A stretch of 58,978 bases of DNA, counting the filler, from Circinaria calcarea (taxonomy: Eukaryota), in the NCBI GenBank assembly GCA_051942165.1. It is 6 parts of 6 records of this genome, joined end to end, with 100 filler letters (N's around TTAATTAATTAA, not from the genome) between each part and the next. Parts side by side here need not be neighbours in the genome. Positions count along the whole stretch, not along the records: positions 1 to 9,779 come from JAVECS010000889.1; positions 9,880 to 19,658 come from JAVECS010000890.1; 4 more parts are not named here. One strand, 5' to 3'. Within the stretch, counting starts at the first letter, position 1. Every line of letters starts with the position of its first letter. A program made the translations under genes and the position numbers. This document shows positions 1 through 11,325 of the stretch, in pieces. The notes under the pieces were generated by a model that saw nothing but the letters and a program-made list of their open reading frames with translations, ran no database searches and had not been told where the DNA came from.

Positions 1-696
1 GTTGGGGAGGGGGGGAAGGATGGGAAGGGAAAGGGGATAGAAGGGACGAGTTAGGAGAGTGAGGAAGCGGGAAATGAAATAGAACGTTATCGGAAGGGAG
101 GGAGGATGGGAGAGAAGGGAGTGAAGGATGGTATGGCGTTCGTATGTATGCGAGAGGAAGAAAGCGGTTAAAGGGCGAGGAAGTAGGAACAAGAGATTAG
201 AGCATTTGCTGTTTCTTAAAAGTAAAATCGCTGTGAGCGAAGCCTGGGCGATGGAAGTAATGATAGATAATGAGAATGTCGGCGTTATTGCAGCGTCTAA
301 TGGACGAGTCAATGTTTGCATACATGTTCACTAAAGTGTAGAATCAGTGACGCTGTTTGGGATGGTAGCAGTATCTAGGAGATAATATGTTAACGACTTC
401 TAGAAAGCTGTGGTTGTGTCGTGGTGTATTCAGGGACTTGAGTCCTCGAACGGGTACTGTGGGGCACTTTCCTAATTTAGGGAGGAAGGTGCTCACTAGG
501 TTGTAGTTTTTAACAAAGGGTTCACGCCCAAAAATAGAGACTATTCCACTTAAAATTTTTGGTAGCAGAAAACCATTTGAACAAGTAGTTGTGATTCGTT
601 GAAAGCGAAAAACCCTTTCTCAGTACCACTTTATGGTAAGCGCTAGCGCCTGCAAAGGGGGCTTTAGGCGAGCCCTTTATCCGTTCCGTGTACTTA

Positions 697-823
697 TACT
701 GGTCTACAAGCATATCAGTCGTTAGTGAGCTTGGCAAAACAGGGTATATTTCAAGTATAATGACCAATAAGATCCCCGGTATCAGCAGATCGTACTAACG
801 ACTGATATGCTTGTAGACCAGTA
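697..823. mobile_element. Putative tiny Tc1/mariner-type MITE (123 bp, 28-bp TIRs, flanking TA) or perfect hairpin
   Basis: 697-726 TACTGGTCTACAAGCATATCAGTCGTTAGT is the exact reverse complement of 794-823, with a 67-bp spacer. The outer TA at each end (697-698, 822-823) fits a TA target-site duplication. Confidence 0.6.
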
Positions 824-1215
824 GTCTGCATGGAGACTCGAAGTACGTATATGTACGCGTATACATGGCTTGGAAGCGGAGCGATGGAGCGTACTAACCT
901 GGAGAAAGGTTTCATATGCTCCCGAGATATGAACATCACTAAGTCGCAGTGAACATCCCTGTAGGATCTCAGGCAATGGGAGAAGAATTAGCAAATTAAG
1001 TGCACCAAAGCTTGGAATCACAAACAAGAATTTAAAGTCAAGAAGCACGGTATCCCAGACCCAGGGGAAGAAGCTTTTATCAGACCCTATTTGATAACAT
1101 CTATTGCAGTCTACAAGAAGCGCCACTCGTCAACCTAGACTCACATACGTCCCAGGGACAGAAGAGGTGGTCTACTCTTCGTGCAGAAATTTACCTTGTT
1201 AGAAGTTTCTATGCA

Positions 1216-1746
1216 TTAGGGATCTCCCATCTGCTCGCATAGCGTGCCTCTACCGAGTTTTGCTATAAGACGATCACACCAGTGTCTCATAGGAAGCTCT
1301 TCTGGGTGAAATTTGTATCTTGTTCGGCCCTGTTCATCTCGTTCTGGGCTCTCCAGCTCCACAAAGAAGATATCTCCAGTTGCAGCAGAGTGTGCGGAAG
1401 GTGTTCCCCGATCAAGCCGTGCTTTGTAAGAGTTCGGGGGTAATTGCTTTGATACGGACCAGAACGCAACATAGCTTGTACTCTTCGGTGAACCATCTGG
1501 GTTCTGAATCGTATACTTCATGCAACAGCTGTACATGAGTCCGTCGGGTCGCCAGCACACACCGAAATCGGGAAAGTGGGTCAGGTGTGTAAGTTGAGGA
1601 TCTTCGTTACTGGTATAAACCGGTGTAAGATTGGCGAATCTTGCAGGAGTACCGTTGGCTGGATATGTCAATACCCGCGCAGGATTAATACTTGGATCTA
1701 ATGGTTGATCATTATCGTTCCGGTTATTGTCTACCGGAGTAGTCAT
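1216..1746 (-). CDS. Hypothetical protein, single exon, about 176 aa
   Basis: Long uninterrupted ORF with first ATG at 1746 (MTTPVDNN...) and globular-looking composition (RVLTYPANG...HFPDF...GDIFFVEL). No family recognised. Confidence 0.55.
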   Translation of the reverse strand: MTTPVDNNRNDNDQPLDPSINPARVLTYPANGTPARFANLTPVYTSNEDPQLTHLTHFPDFGVCWRPDGLMYSCCMKYTIQNPDGSPKSTSYVAFWSVSKQLPPNSYKARLDRGTPSAHSAATGDIFFVELESPERDEQGRTRYKFHPEELPMRHWCDRLIAKLGRGTLCEQMGDP

Positions 1747-4700
1747 TACCGATGATTTTGTCCTTGTGGTTGGCAATCGTTGCCTCTTTTTCGGAGCAAG
1801 AGGAGAGTGGAGCTGTTCCTCTGTTTTGAGAGATCACAACTTGCTTATATACCTTCTTCAAGTACGGGCCTGTGGCTATCAGCAAACGCCTAACACTAGA
1901 TAAAGGCCGTTGTTCCAGCAGGCAATGTGACAATCAGCAAACGCATGCTAGATATGCAAATACAGAATGACGCAAACTGAAGAAGTTGGTCGAACAGACT
2001 CAACATAGCGAGATTGTTCTGAATTAGCAAATATGCTCAGTAGGCTTCACGTGCAATTGTGGATGCATCTTGAGAAACAATCTATGTCGCACTGCTCTGT
2101 ATTGTTGAAATTCGTTTCGGACGTGAGACTCTCTGTGTCGTGAATTCACCGGACAATCAAAATGGTTTATGCTGTGGAAGGAATAGATTATCTCTGATCT
2201 ATATTTTATATATATTATGATGAAATAAACGCCCGTCCGAAGCTATGCTTTACCGTACTAGCCCAGGATAAGCGAAAAGGAGCCACCGCGAGTTCCTTAG
2301 GTATATATCAGTGTCTCGAAAGTATGCTCACCTTTGGACCTCAGATATGCAAAGTCTACTAGCAGCGGCTGGCTTCACTCCTTTTCCCAGAGTCCTCGTC
2401 TTAAAAACACATGCATAGAAAGGGGCATATTTCAAGTCTCCAGATAGGACAGCTATCATTTCGTCCCTCAGTTGCATGGAAATTAGAAAGACGCCCAGGT
2501 TGGTATGTAAGCTGGACTAGGTGCTGCGCTAACGGGGTTCGTTTGAGGTATTTGAGCTGAGTTACATCAGAATCCGATAGCCTTGGAAGAAGAGAGGAGA
2601 GAAGGTTTGAGGTACTGACGAAGATCCGAGATAAGCAGAAGGCCGAAGGAAGGAAAGTGACAGCGAATGGTAATAACTCGACTTGGATGGAGGGTCGCGG
2701 AGACCGGTGATATGCCAAAACGATGCCTTTCCGGCGTCAAAACTGCTCGAAATACCTGCAGATTGACAAATGTAGGGAAGGAAAGGTAAAAGTTATTATT
2801 TTTGTCCTGATAACAGATCCCTTATCTACCCCACCATCGGATGGTGCATAATGTCGGTGAGTCTCTCCATTTCAAAGTAAATGAAGCCTTGCATCATCTC
2901 CCCGCAAAAGTTGCAGTAAGGCGATTCTGTTAGCTTCAGCCTGATGGATAGCGCTGACTTTCTGGAAACTGCGGAAGAGTCTGGAACCAGCAGTTCGTCT
3001 CGTATATGTAAACCTTGATACCCCGCATATTCTGCCTTGTTTTCTGCAGCGGCTAATGCTGCCGTTCGTTACCGCTCCCGAAATCCCAGGGAAGAGTTTT
3101 AGGAAGCTTGGGTCTCAGGCACAAAATAGTAATGGTGATGTAGTTTATTTAGCACCTATTCAGCCTCGGGGCTATAACTATGTGCTCGTAGGTATTGGAA
3201 TCCGGTCAGGGCAACCACATCAATTGCAAATTAGGAGGCAGAGGTGGTATCATCCTATTGGTTTTCTTGTTCGGTAGCCCCCACGTGTATTCTGCTATTT
3301 TAAGTGCGCTATTCCAGACACCCTTGTACTTACTATTTTGTGCCTTGCTTTGCTATATCAAGCGTCCTACCGCTCCCAAAGCTTCGGGAGGGCCGTTTGA
3401 AGGACTTACTTTTCAGGCACACACGATGGTGCCCATAGCCTTATCCGGGGCTTAATCCTACTGAGTAAAAGGCCATTGTATGTAAGCAAACCTCCGTTTG
3501 TTCTCTCGTATATGGTGGCATATAGCCTAACGTTTCGTACAGTGCGGGCTATTTTGCCGCCTTTGGAGCTTGAAGTCTTCGAGAAGGTATGTAATTGTGT
3601 TTCCTCTAAGCAATATAGACACATGAATAGTCGTCGTATGGCGGTAAATAAGCACTATATTATATTCACAGTGACTAGATTCTGCCCCTTTCACATAACT
3701 AAACAGTATGATTGATTAACTCCTAGCAATGCCTTTGTTTAAAAACTTCAAAATCGAGGCGAGATTGCCACAGGAACCAATTTTAAGATTATCCATCTAA
3801 AAACCTTCAGATCGAAAAACCAATACAACATACCTCCCTAGCTGTTCCGAGCTATAGCCCAAACTAGCCGAGATTGCTAACTCGCCTTTTTTCCGTAGAG
3901 CAGGCTAAAGGGCATGTGAACCAACACGCTCTAAATGCTGTACATCGACGAAGTCTCGCTCGGGAGTGGTATGTTCTTTACGTATACCGTCGAGAGCTGA
4001 CCGAGGAATCGCAGCACCTGAGCCCAACTGCCCAAACGGTCAAGGTAAAGTTTTGCAAGCATAACATTGCTGTGTCCCTCAGGTGTTACGTTATCGACAG
4101 TTGGCTTGGACTTTGTCTCCGAGTCGACGAAGATAGTGACGGAGCTTTGCCGCCGGGGGAGCCGCAGTTTCTGATACTCATCTTGTTCTGACCGGGAGCC
4201 TACTGTTAGCCTGGAAGATGCATTGACAGAGCGACGTACTGCTGATAACGTTCTTCTCGCTAGTTACTTTCGCCGTTTTCTGGTCACCATCGTAGACTAT
4301 AACTCTTTTGCATAAAGGAGGACTTGCGGACTTCCCGCGCGTCACCAGAAACTGAGATTTGACGGGGGCCTCTTCTTCCGCCATTCTGGTAAGAACTGTA
4401 TTCTCACGAGCGGCATCCATAGATGATGCGATCGATATATAGAGGATACGATGGGAAATTTGGTTAAGACTGTAAAGGTATGGGAACAATATTTCTGAAC
4501 TGAGCAGGAACGGGTTGTACTTAAAATACCATGGGAGGCAAGGAAAGCACCAGATGATTGTTTCACCTTACCAACTGTCCCTAAGGGCTTGTCAGATTTC
4601 CACCCTTACTTGGCATAGTTTTTTCATACTGATGGAAGTTTGTTGGTGTCCAGGCATTGCATTGGCGCAATGGCATGACAAGTCACCGGTAAGCAAGTGG

Positions 4701-4826
4701 TGTAATGGACGTCACCTGGACCGGGGCGGAATGTGCCTCATCCCAATGTCCACACACCCTTGAGTTCAAACCAATGGAAGGGAAAAGCTGACGCACAGGA
4801 CAAGGCTCCAGTTTCGGTGGTGCCCG

Positions 4827-4879
4827 AAGGCAGATTAATAAGGCAGATTTTCAAGGCAGATTTCAAGGCAGATTTCAAG
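4827..4879 (+). repeat. Short tandem repeat, about 4 copies of AAGGCAGATTTC (12-13 bp)
   Basis: aaggcagattaat-aaggcagattttc-aaggcagatttc-aaggcagatttc-aag, about 580 bp upstream of the patatin ATG. Confidence 0.85.
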
Positions 4880-5454
4880 TCTCAGCTGGTGTTGGGGGTG
4901 GCGCTTACTACTATGCAACCTGCAACCCCTCGGGCGTACAGAAGATCGTGGTAAAACGTGATTCGCTCTTCAATCCATCTGGTGGATTTTTCTCTTCACC
5001 TATGTCTGCTGATCTTGCTCTGTTACTTGCCTTTTCTGATTCAAGTGTCCACAGTCCAGCCTCGCATATTGCTTTTTCTGGAGGCTAACGTTGGCTTTTA
5101 CCCCTCTTTAGTTTTGTACTTCTAAAGGCGGCAAAATGCGGCTTATTTTTCACGATGGACGGAGTATCACATCCACATCGCCTTCACATCACTTTAAATC
5201 CAAGAGGCTCCCTCGATGTCTCCGGCACTTCGCTGCATGAGAATCGAGCCAAAGCCAGTCCATCGTCTATTCCACAATCATACTCTCAGTGCCATGAGCA
5301 ACAATGCTTGCAACGTGCCAGGCCGATCTGCCGCTCGGTAATCGACATTTACAGTGGATATCACGTTAAATTGGGGATCTGCAACTAGAGCGTTGCAGCT
5401 TGTTACGTCTTTGACCCTTCTTAGACTTGGACTTAGCGCATCGTTCTGAACCCA

Positions 5455-7370
5455 ATGAACCCCCAAGCCCCCGAAACTGCAGATGGACAGGAAGCGGAGG
5501 ATATTGTGTTCCCTCTCCACGAGGAGCCAGAGAATACTGAGGAGAACGCAGAATGGAAACTCTACAATCTGCTCAGCTTAGGTTTGCAGCCTTTACCATA
5601 CCTTTACAACATCTAATTATATGTCCCGTAGATGGTGGTGGAATTCGAGGCTACTGGAGCCTTTTGGCTCTCCAGAAACTTATGGGGTACATCGCCGAGA
5701 AAGAGGAAAACGAAGATGACGGGACTCTTCACAGTTTCTCGCCCGAAGGATGGCCTGATAACGTCTCACAAGTTCCTCGAACCCAAGAGGAAAAAAGGCA
5801 AATAGCTGCCGCCAACACGCCGGAGGATAAATGTCGCGCGTATTCAAACACTCGCAGATACCTTCCATGTCATTACTTTGATCACATATGTGGTTCCAGC
5901 ACTGGGGCGTACGTTTTCCGTATCTCTTCCACACGCGGTGTTTGACAAACTCAGCAGGCTTATCGCCATAATGCTAGGAAGATTTCGTATGACTGTTCCG
6001 GATTGCATATCTGAGTATGAAAATCTTGGCGAAGAAGTATTCGGAAGACCACGTATGTTATATACTCTTCGCTATGGATTGGGAAACCGAACAAAGTACA
6101 AGGCTGCAAATTTAGAAAAAGTTTTCAAGGAGGTCGCGATAAGGCGTAGTGAGCAATTGTGTGAACCTCATAGTAAAATTACGTTTCCGTCAGAACGAGG
6201 CTTGTGCAAGACGTTAGTATTACCATTCTCCCTATGTCTCTTTGCGATACCCATTTGAAAATAAAGCACCGTCAAAATTAAAGATGTGCAATGTATCTGA
6301 AAATGGTTTGCTTACTATACAATGTCCAACCTCTGTCTCGCACGAACGGTGCAGGAAGTTACAAAGGCTTATCGCTGCATAGGTTTGTTACTACTTTGAT
6401 GGCCAGGTCAGACGAGAAAGCTGTTGAAACCCCTTACTTAATCCGTTCGTACGATCATAACCAGCGAACCTCCCCTAATCAGTCACGAAGATCCACACGC
6501 AGAGGGACGATGCGCACCAATCGATCCAACACCGGACGATCGGGTGAGATGATTATGGGACAGCGTGGAAACACACAGCCCCAAACGCCTATAAACTATG
6601 AAAATGCTCAGGATTTCGAGATCTGGGAGGTTGCCCGAGCTGCCACAGCAGCGCCATTTTATTTTGAGCCTTTTGAAATCAGAATCCCACGATCTTCGGG
6701 ACATTTACTCTTTACTGATGGAGGTTTTAGTACCTCGAACAACCCTACAAGGGAAGGGACGCAGGAAATTGAGGAAATGCATGGAACCAATTCCATGGGT
6801 GTGGTCGTGAGCATCGGAACTGCAAGACACAATGAGCGTCCTAGGGAGAAAGGCATCCTCCCTGTCATACAAAAGTTGAAGGGGTTCGTCCAGAGTGCGA
6901 CTGACCCTGAAGTGATGCATCTTGAAATGAAACGAAAATCCTATCCCGACAAGTTTCCGTACTACCGACTGAACGACCCTGGCGGTACGAGTATTGAGTT
7001 AGACGAGTGGAAGCCAAAACGTGGTATGTTCAAGAATAAAGCTGCGGGTTCGGAAACAATCAAGGCCATCAAAGATGCTTTCAGTAAGTGGGCTGGGGAG
7101 ATGGAAAACATCAGGACTCTCGAGCAGTGTGCTGCAGACCTTGTTGATCGTAGAAGAGCTCGAACGTCTAACAGAACAATGTGGGAACGGTATGCTACCT
7201 GTGCCAGATTCACATGTCGATTCAGAGCATGCGATGTAGGGGCTTTCAGCAACCAAGATGACTTTCGAGATCATCTGAACCGGCACCACCCCTCGATGCC
7301 GCCACATTACTTGGATCAAGAGATAAGGGAATGTAGGAGGCAATGGCACTATCAATCTGTGGAAGGGTAG
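5455..7370 (+). CDS. Patatin-like phospholipase (PNPLA/iPLA2-gamma-like) with C-terminal C2H2-like zinc finger; 4 exons
   Basis: ATG 5455. Introns at about 5582-5631, 5909-5958 and 6213-6382. Spliced protein has LLSLDGGGIRG (oxyanion), ICGSSTGA (GxSxG nucleophile), ARAATAAPFYF and FTDGG (catalytic Asp). C-terminus FTCRFRAC...F...FRDHLNRHH. Confidence 0.9.
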
Positions 7371-7701
7371 TAAAATACTCTCGGGGATCTGTACATAACG
7401 GTCAGGGGAATTGTGGAAGGGGGGGGGGGGGTGATTGTGAGCATCATCGAGTAGGAGTTTGGTATTGACTTCAGGTGGCCCTCCGTCCTTGACTGGCGGA
7501 TTTGGTTGGCTTGTGGGAAAAGAGAGGTTATTTGTGTAATGCAGCTACATGTCCCACTTGAAGAAAATATAAATATTTAATTGTTTGCATCCGGATTCGC
7601 ATCCTAACCACTGAGTATGCCCGTTCGGTTCCCAGACAAAATCATACACAACGTGAGACTAATCGTACCCGTCAGTCGCATGATAGAGTAACTTGTTAGT
7701 G

Positions 7702-7739
7702 CTTCGAAAAAATTATTCCGCGAAATAATTTTTTCGAAG
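7702..7739. repeat. 38-bp near-perfect palindrome
   Basis: CTTCGAAAAAATTATT-CCGCGA-AATAATTTTTTCGAAG: 16-bp perfect arms, and the central CGCG is also self-complementary. Confidence 0.9.
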
Positions 7740-8398
7740 TTCACCCTTGGGCACGATTAGACTCTTCCTAATCCCAGATGCCTTTAGCCTTGTTGGGGTC
7801 TCTGCTCGAGACAGGATAGCGAGCGCAAGTTTCAGCGCCTTGTCACGTACTGTAACCATCACAAGACAGCTTGATAGACACTTGGGTCAGCGCATGCATT
7901 ATATATTGAGGGCTATCTGCTGTCGTATCCCTGATATATTCGACTTGGACCACACCAGGCTGCGCAACGTACGTGGAGCACATCCCGCCTGGGGATGGGA
8001 TGTTTGAGTTGACAGAGAAAAGAGCCTTCCATGAATAGGTAATCTACTGAATCATGACTCTCTCCGCTGCCCTACATGTCTACTCCGTTTATCTCGTGCG
8101 CGATATAGTCCTTGCCATTGATGCTGATGTTACATCCCAGACCAACATGCCAAGTATATACCTGTCCCGAGCAACGATCTGGAGGGTTTCCAAGGTACAT
8201 CTACTCTATGGTCAACCATTCATTTATTGTTTCATAACCCGGCAGGCGAGGAGCACGAAGTTCTTTTACCTGCGATTCCTCCTAAGTATGTGCTTTGTTG
8301 CTGGACTATTCGTACAACACATCTGCCTTTTTGGCGCTTGAAAGAGATGTGCTCCATGTTGATGGTTACAAAAACATCCGTCTAATTTATTCCAATAG

Positions 8399-9336
8399 CG
8401 TCTTTCGGACTCTTTCCTCACCATCATCGTTCGCACAGGAACCTTTCCCTACTACCGATTCTTCAATTTCAGCACCCTGGGTCCTATCAAACGTATAGCA
8501 GCCTGCGCTTCGCAGTCTGATCCATCAAGCAAGCTACTGCGTCTCAACGGTCTCATCTTCCAGTGGCGAAAGCGTAAGCTCGCGGAATTGCATTTTACCT
8601 CCATAGCCGTAAGCTGGTCCACTTCTGAACCCCCTGTCAAGCATATGGCCACCATCTCCATTTGCCAACTAGATGTCTTAGTGTGCTATCCTCGCCGCCG
8701 CCGTCATTGGCGCCTTCTCTTGGAACGCCGTTCCCAATGCCTATTGGCTCTCTTACGCGTTGTGGTACTGCAGCCTCGTACTCTCGATCCTAGGGCTGCT
8801 GATCTCGGCGCAGCAAATAGTAGTGCTTGATCTGCTTGGGGCTTACCGTGCCTCTGAGGATATCCAGTCGATTCAAGCAGACATTCGGCGCTATAGCCCC
8901 TTGCTGTTGACAAAGGTTGTGACAGATTCTCCACCTGAAGGAAGTGATGACGGTTTGTGGAAACCCAGCCGGAAGATGGTGTTTACATGGCAGTGTCCCG
9001 TAATGTTCATGTCCTACTCCGTATGCTCTTTCCTGGCCGGGCTTACAATCTATGTATGCACGCCGCTCATAAGAAGGGATACATGGACTGCTGATGACAA
9101 CGTAAGTGCTCACTTGTTTCGTCAATTCTCTCCAATCCCTCTTGGGAGGAGTTAGCTCACTGACTTCCGAAAAGATTGCTGTGGTTTTTCTGGCAGTTGC
9201 GGCCACTGCAGGTGCGACGTTTTTATTTTGCTCCTACTGGATCTATTACTATGTGGACCTGGAACAGGAGTCCGAAGACCCGATTCGGTTGGGAAATGAC
9301 ACTTCGATGCCAAGTTCATATTCGCTTTTCTCTTGA
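8399..9336 (+). CDS. Hypothetical multi-pass (about 4 TM) membrane protein; start exon unresolved
   Basis: Exons at about 8399-8608, 8681-9101 and 9175-9336 joined by GT-AG introns give ...WRKRKLAELHFTSIA|CAILAAAVIGAFSW...ALWYCSLVLSILGLLISAQQ...FTWQCPVMFMSYSVCSFLAGLTIYV...IAVVFLAVAATAGATFLFCSYWIY, with four hydrophobic segments. Confidence 0.7.
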
Positions 9337-9779
9337 GTCCTTGTAGGAAAAAGAGCTCTCCACTGTCATTATCTGGCCAGCCACGCCGCCAAAACCGTTG
9401 AATGACGAGCTGCTTCATTTCGGATCATCTTCTCACCCAGAATCACCGGTACTACGGGCAGTCCGGCCTACCAAGGGAGTTACGGCCAAAGTGCATCTAT
9501 CACTCGCAGTTTTGGGGGTCATATAGTGAGATTACATGTACTGCGCAACCGAAAGCGTTATGAATTGAAAGATAGAAAGCGAAAGATGTTTCTTACAGCC
9601 CAGCGGCCTAGGATTCAACTGCAATTCAATCCATCCGAAAAGGGGTGAATCTCCTAAGCCAGTTTTCCCATGAAATGTGACCGGCCAGTAATGTGCTGTA
9701 AAGCTGGCAAAAGATTAAATAACACTGTCCTACGCTTTCAGTTCCCCTTCCCCCCTTCTCCTTTCCCTCTCCCCTTTAC

Positions 9780-9879
9780 NNNNNNNNNNNNNNNNNNNNN
9801 NNNNNNNNNNNNNNNNNNNNNNNTTAATTAATTAANNNNNNNNNNNNNNNNNNNNNNNNNNNNNNNNNNNNNNNNNNNN
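9780..9879. other. Artificial contig spacer (N44-TTAATTAATTAA-N44)
   Basis: 100-bp linker with stop codons in all six frames; identical to the other four spacers. Confidence 0.98.
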
Positions 9880-11325
9880 GAAGGGGGAAGCGGTGGATGT
9901 GAAGATGGATGGGGTGCATGAGTTGGTCGGGTGGTGGTATTGGCTTAATCTGTTAAGGGGGGTTTTCACGGGCACGGGATTTGCGCTTTGCACTTACGCT
10001 AGTCTATCTTGTTAAGGCGGAGAAGAAATGGGACTCGGGAATGGTGGCGAGGGAGGTCTCTGGAGGTGGTTAATGATTCGAGGGCCATGATAATGGGCCG
10101 AATGTGCTCAAGTACGGGGGTGGGGATTCCATGCTATGGTTGAGATTATCTTGGGGAAACCAACAAGCAACATAGACACTATTAGATGGACAGCAGATAT
10201 ACAGATTGCCTGCAAAAACTGTCTTGGTATTCCCCAACCCAAAGCTTCGACGAGTATGATATCTACGCAGTGATAACCTGTCTGAAAGCACAGAAACACA
10301 TTCTATATTCCAAGGTACATATGAACAAAGTCCGTCAGGTGTAGTAGAATGCCGGTAATACAGTAGTATAAGGCGGAGACTAAGAGTGCGCCACTTCGTA
10401 TCAACCATGTCGAGCTAATCCAAGGATCGCCGATTTAATCCCTCCCACCTTAGCAACATGCAAGTCACATCAGACGGCGGCTAACATACCCTGCAGACGC
10501 ATTTACGGTCGCTTCAGTATTTGCGCTACGCAGTAACAGGTAATTTATAATACGTAACCCGGCTTCGAATTCGGAGGAAGCTAGTCAAGGCTGAGGTAAC
10601 GCGCTTATTTTTGTAACCCAAGTAAGACCCCACAGTCGATCAACAGACCAATTTGTTGGAGTGAAACTGTCCTGAGAGACGGAGAACAGGACAGTGTATA
10701 GCCAAGGATTAAGCAAAAGAGTTCAAGGAACCCAAAGGATCGAATATATGTCATTCCTGGTGGGCTAGGAGGTATTCCTTCCCTCGTGCCCTATCCACAA
10801 GGGCATCCATCTGCAAGCTGTCATCGGATGGAATCACTACTGCCCAATCATCTTCCACAGGAATACCAAAAGACCGAAAGACCGAAAACCCGAAGCGGGG
10901 GCCCCAGCTTTCGGGGCGAATGATGTTTCAGCTGGGCTGAGATGTAGAGACGAGCTTATATTAACATGCAGACAGGTGGGACTGCTAACGTGAATGGCGT
11001 ATTCGACCGAGAATTAGAGTGGGATCCCACCACGATGAACAATCCCCCAAGACAACGGAGACAATTAGAGCCTTTTGGAACTCTGCACCAGGGATGTTTT
11101 TGGAATTTCATGTCTGGATTGCTCTAACGTGGCGCACTGAAAGGACTCGCATTGGTGGCTACTGAATTTTTATCAGTTTACATGTTCCTATATCAGCCTG
11201 AAGCACCCCAATCTCCAGCGTAAGATGTTGGATCAGCCGCAAGCAGATATTCAATATTTCTCACTTTCCTGGAATCTCCAAAGTTCTCCTTACTTCCTTT
11301 TACTTTCCCTCTCACTTATTCAGGC

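Noticed and set aside
1..130. Telomeric or functional purine-rich repeat at the window start and similar tracts at other contig ends
   Set aside because: No TTAGGG units; low-complexity GA tracts typical of assembly break points.
9824..9835. TTAATTAATTAA recurring every ~9.8 kb as a biological repeat
   Set aside because: Always centred in N runs; it is a six-frame-stop assembly linker.
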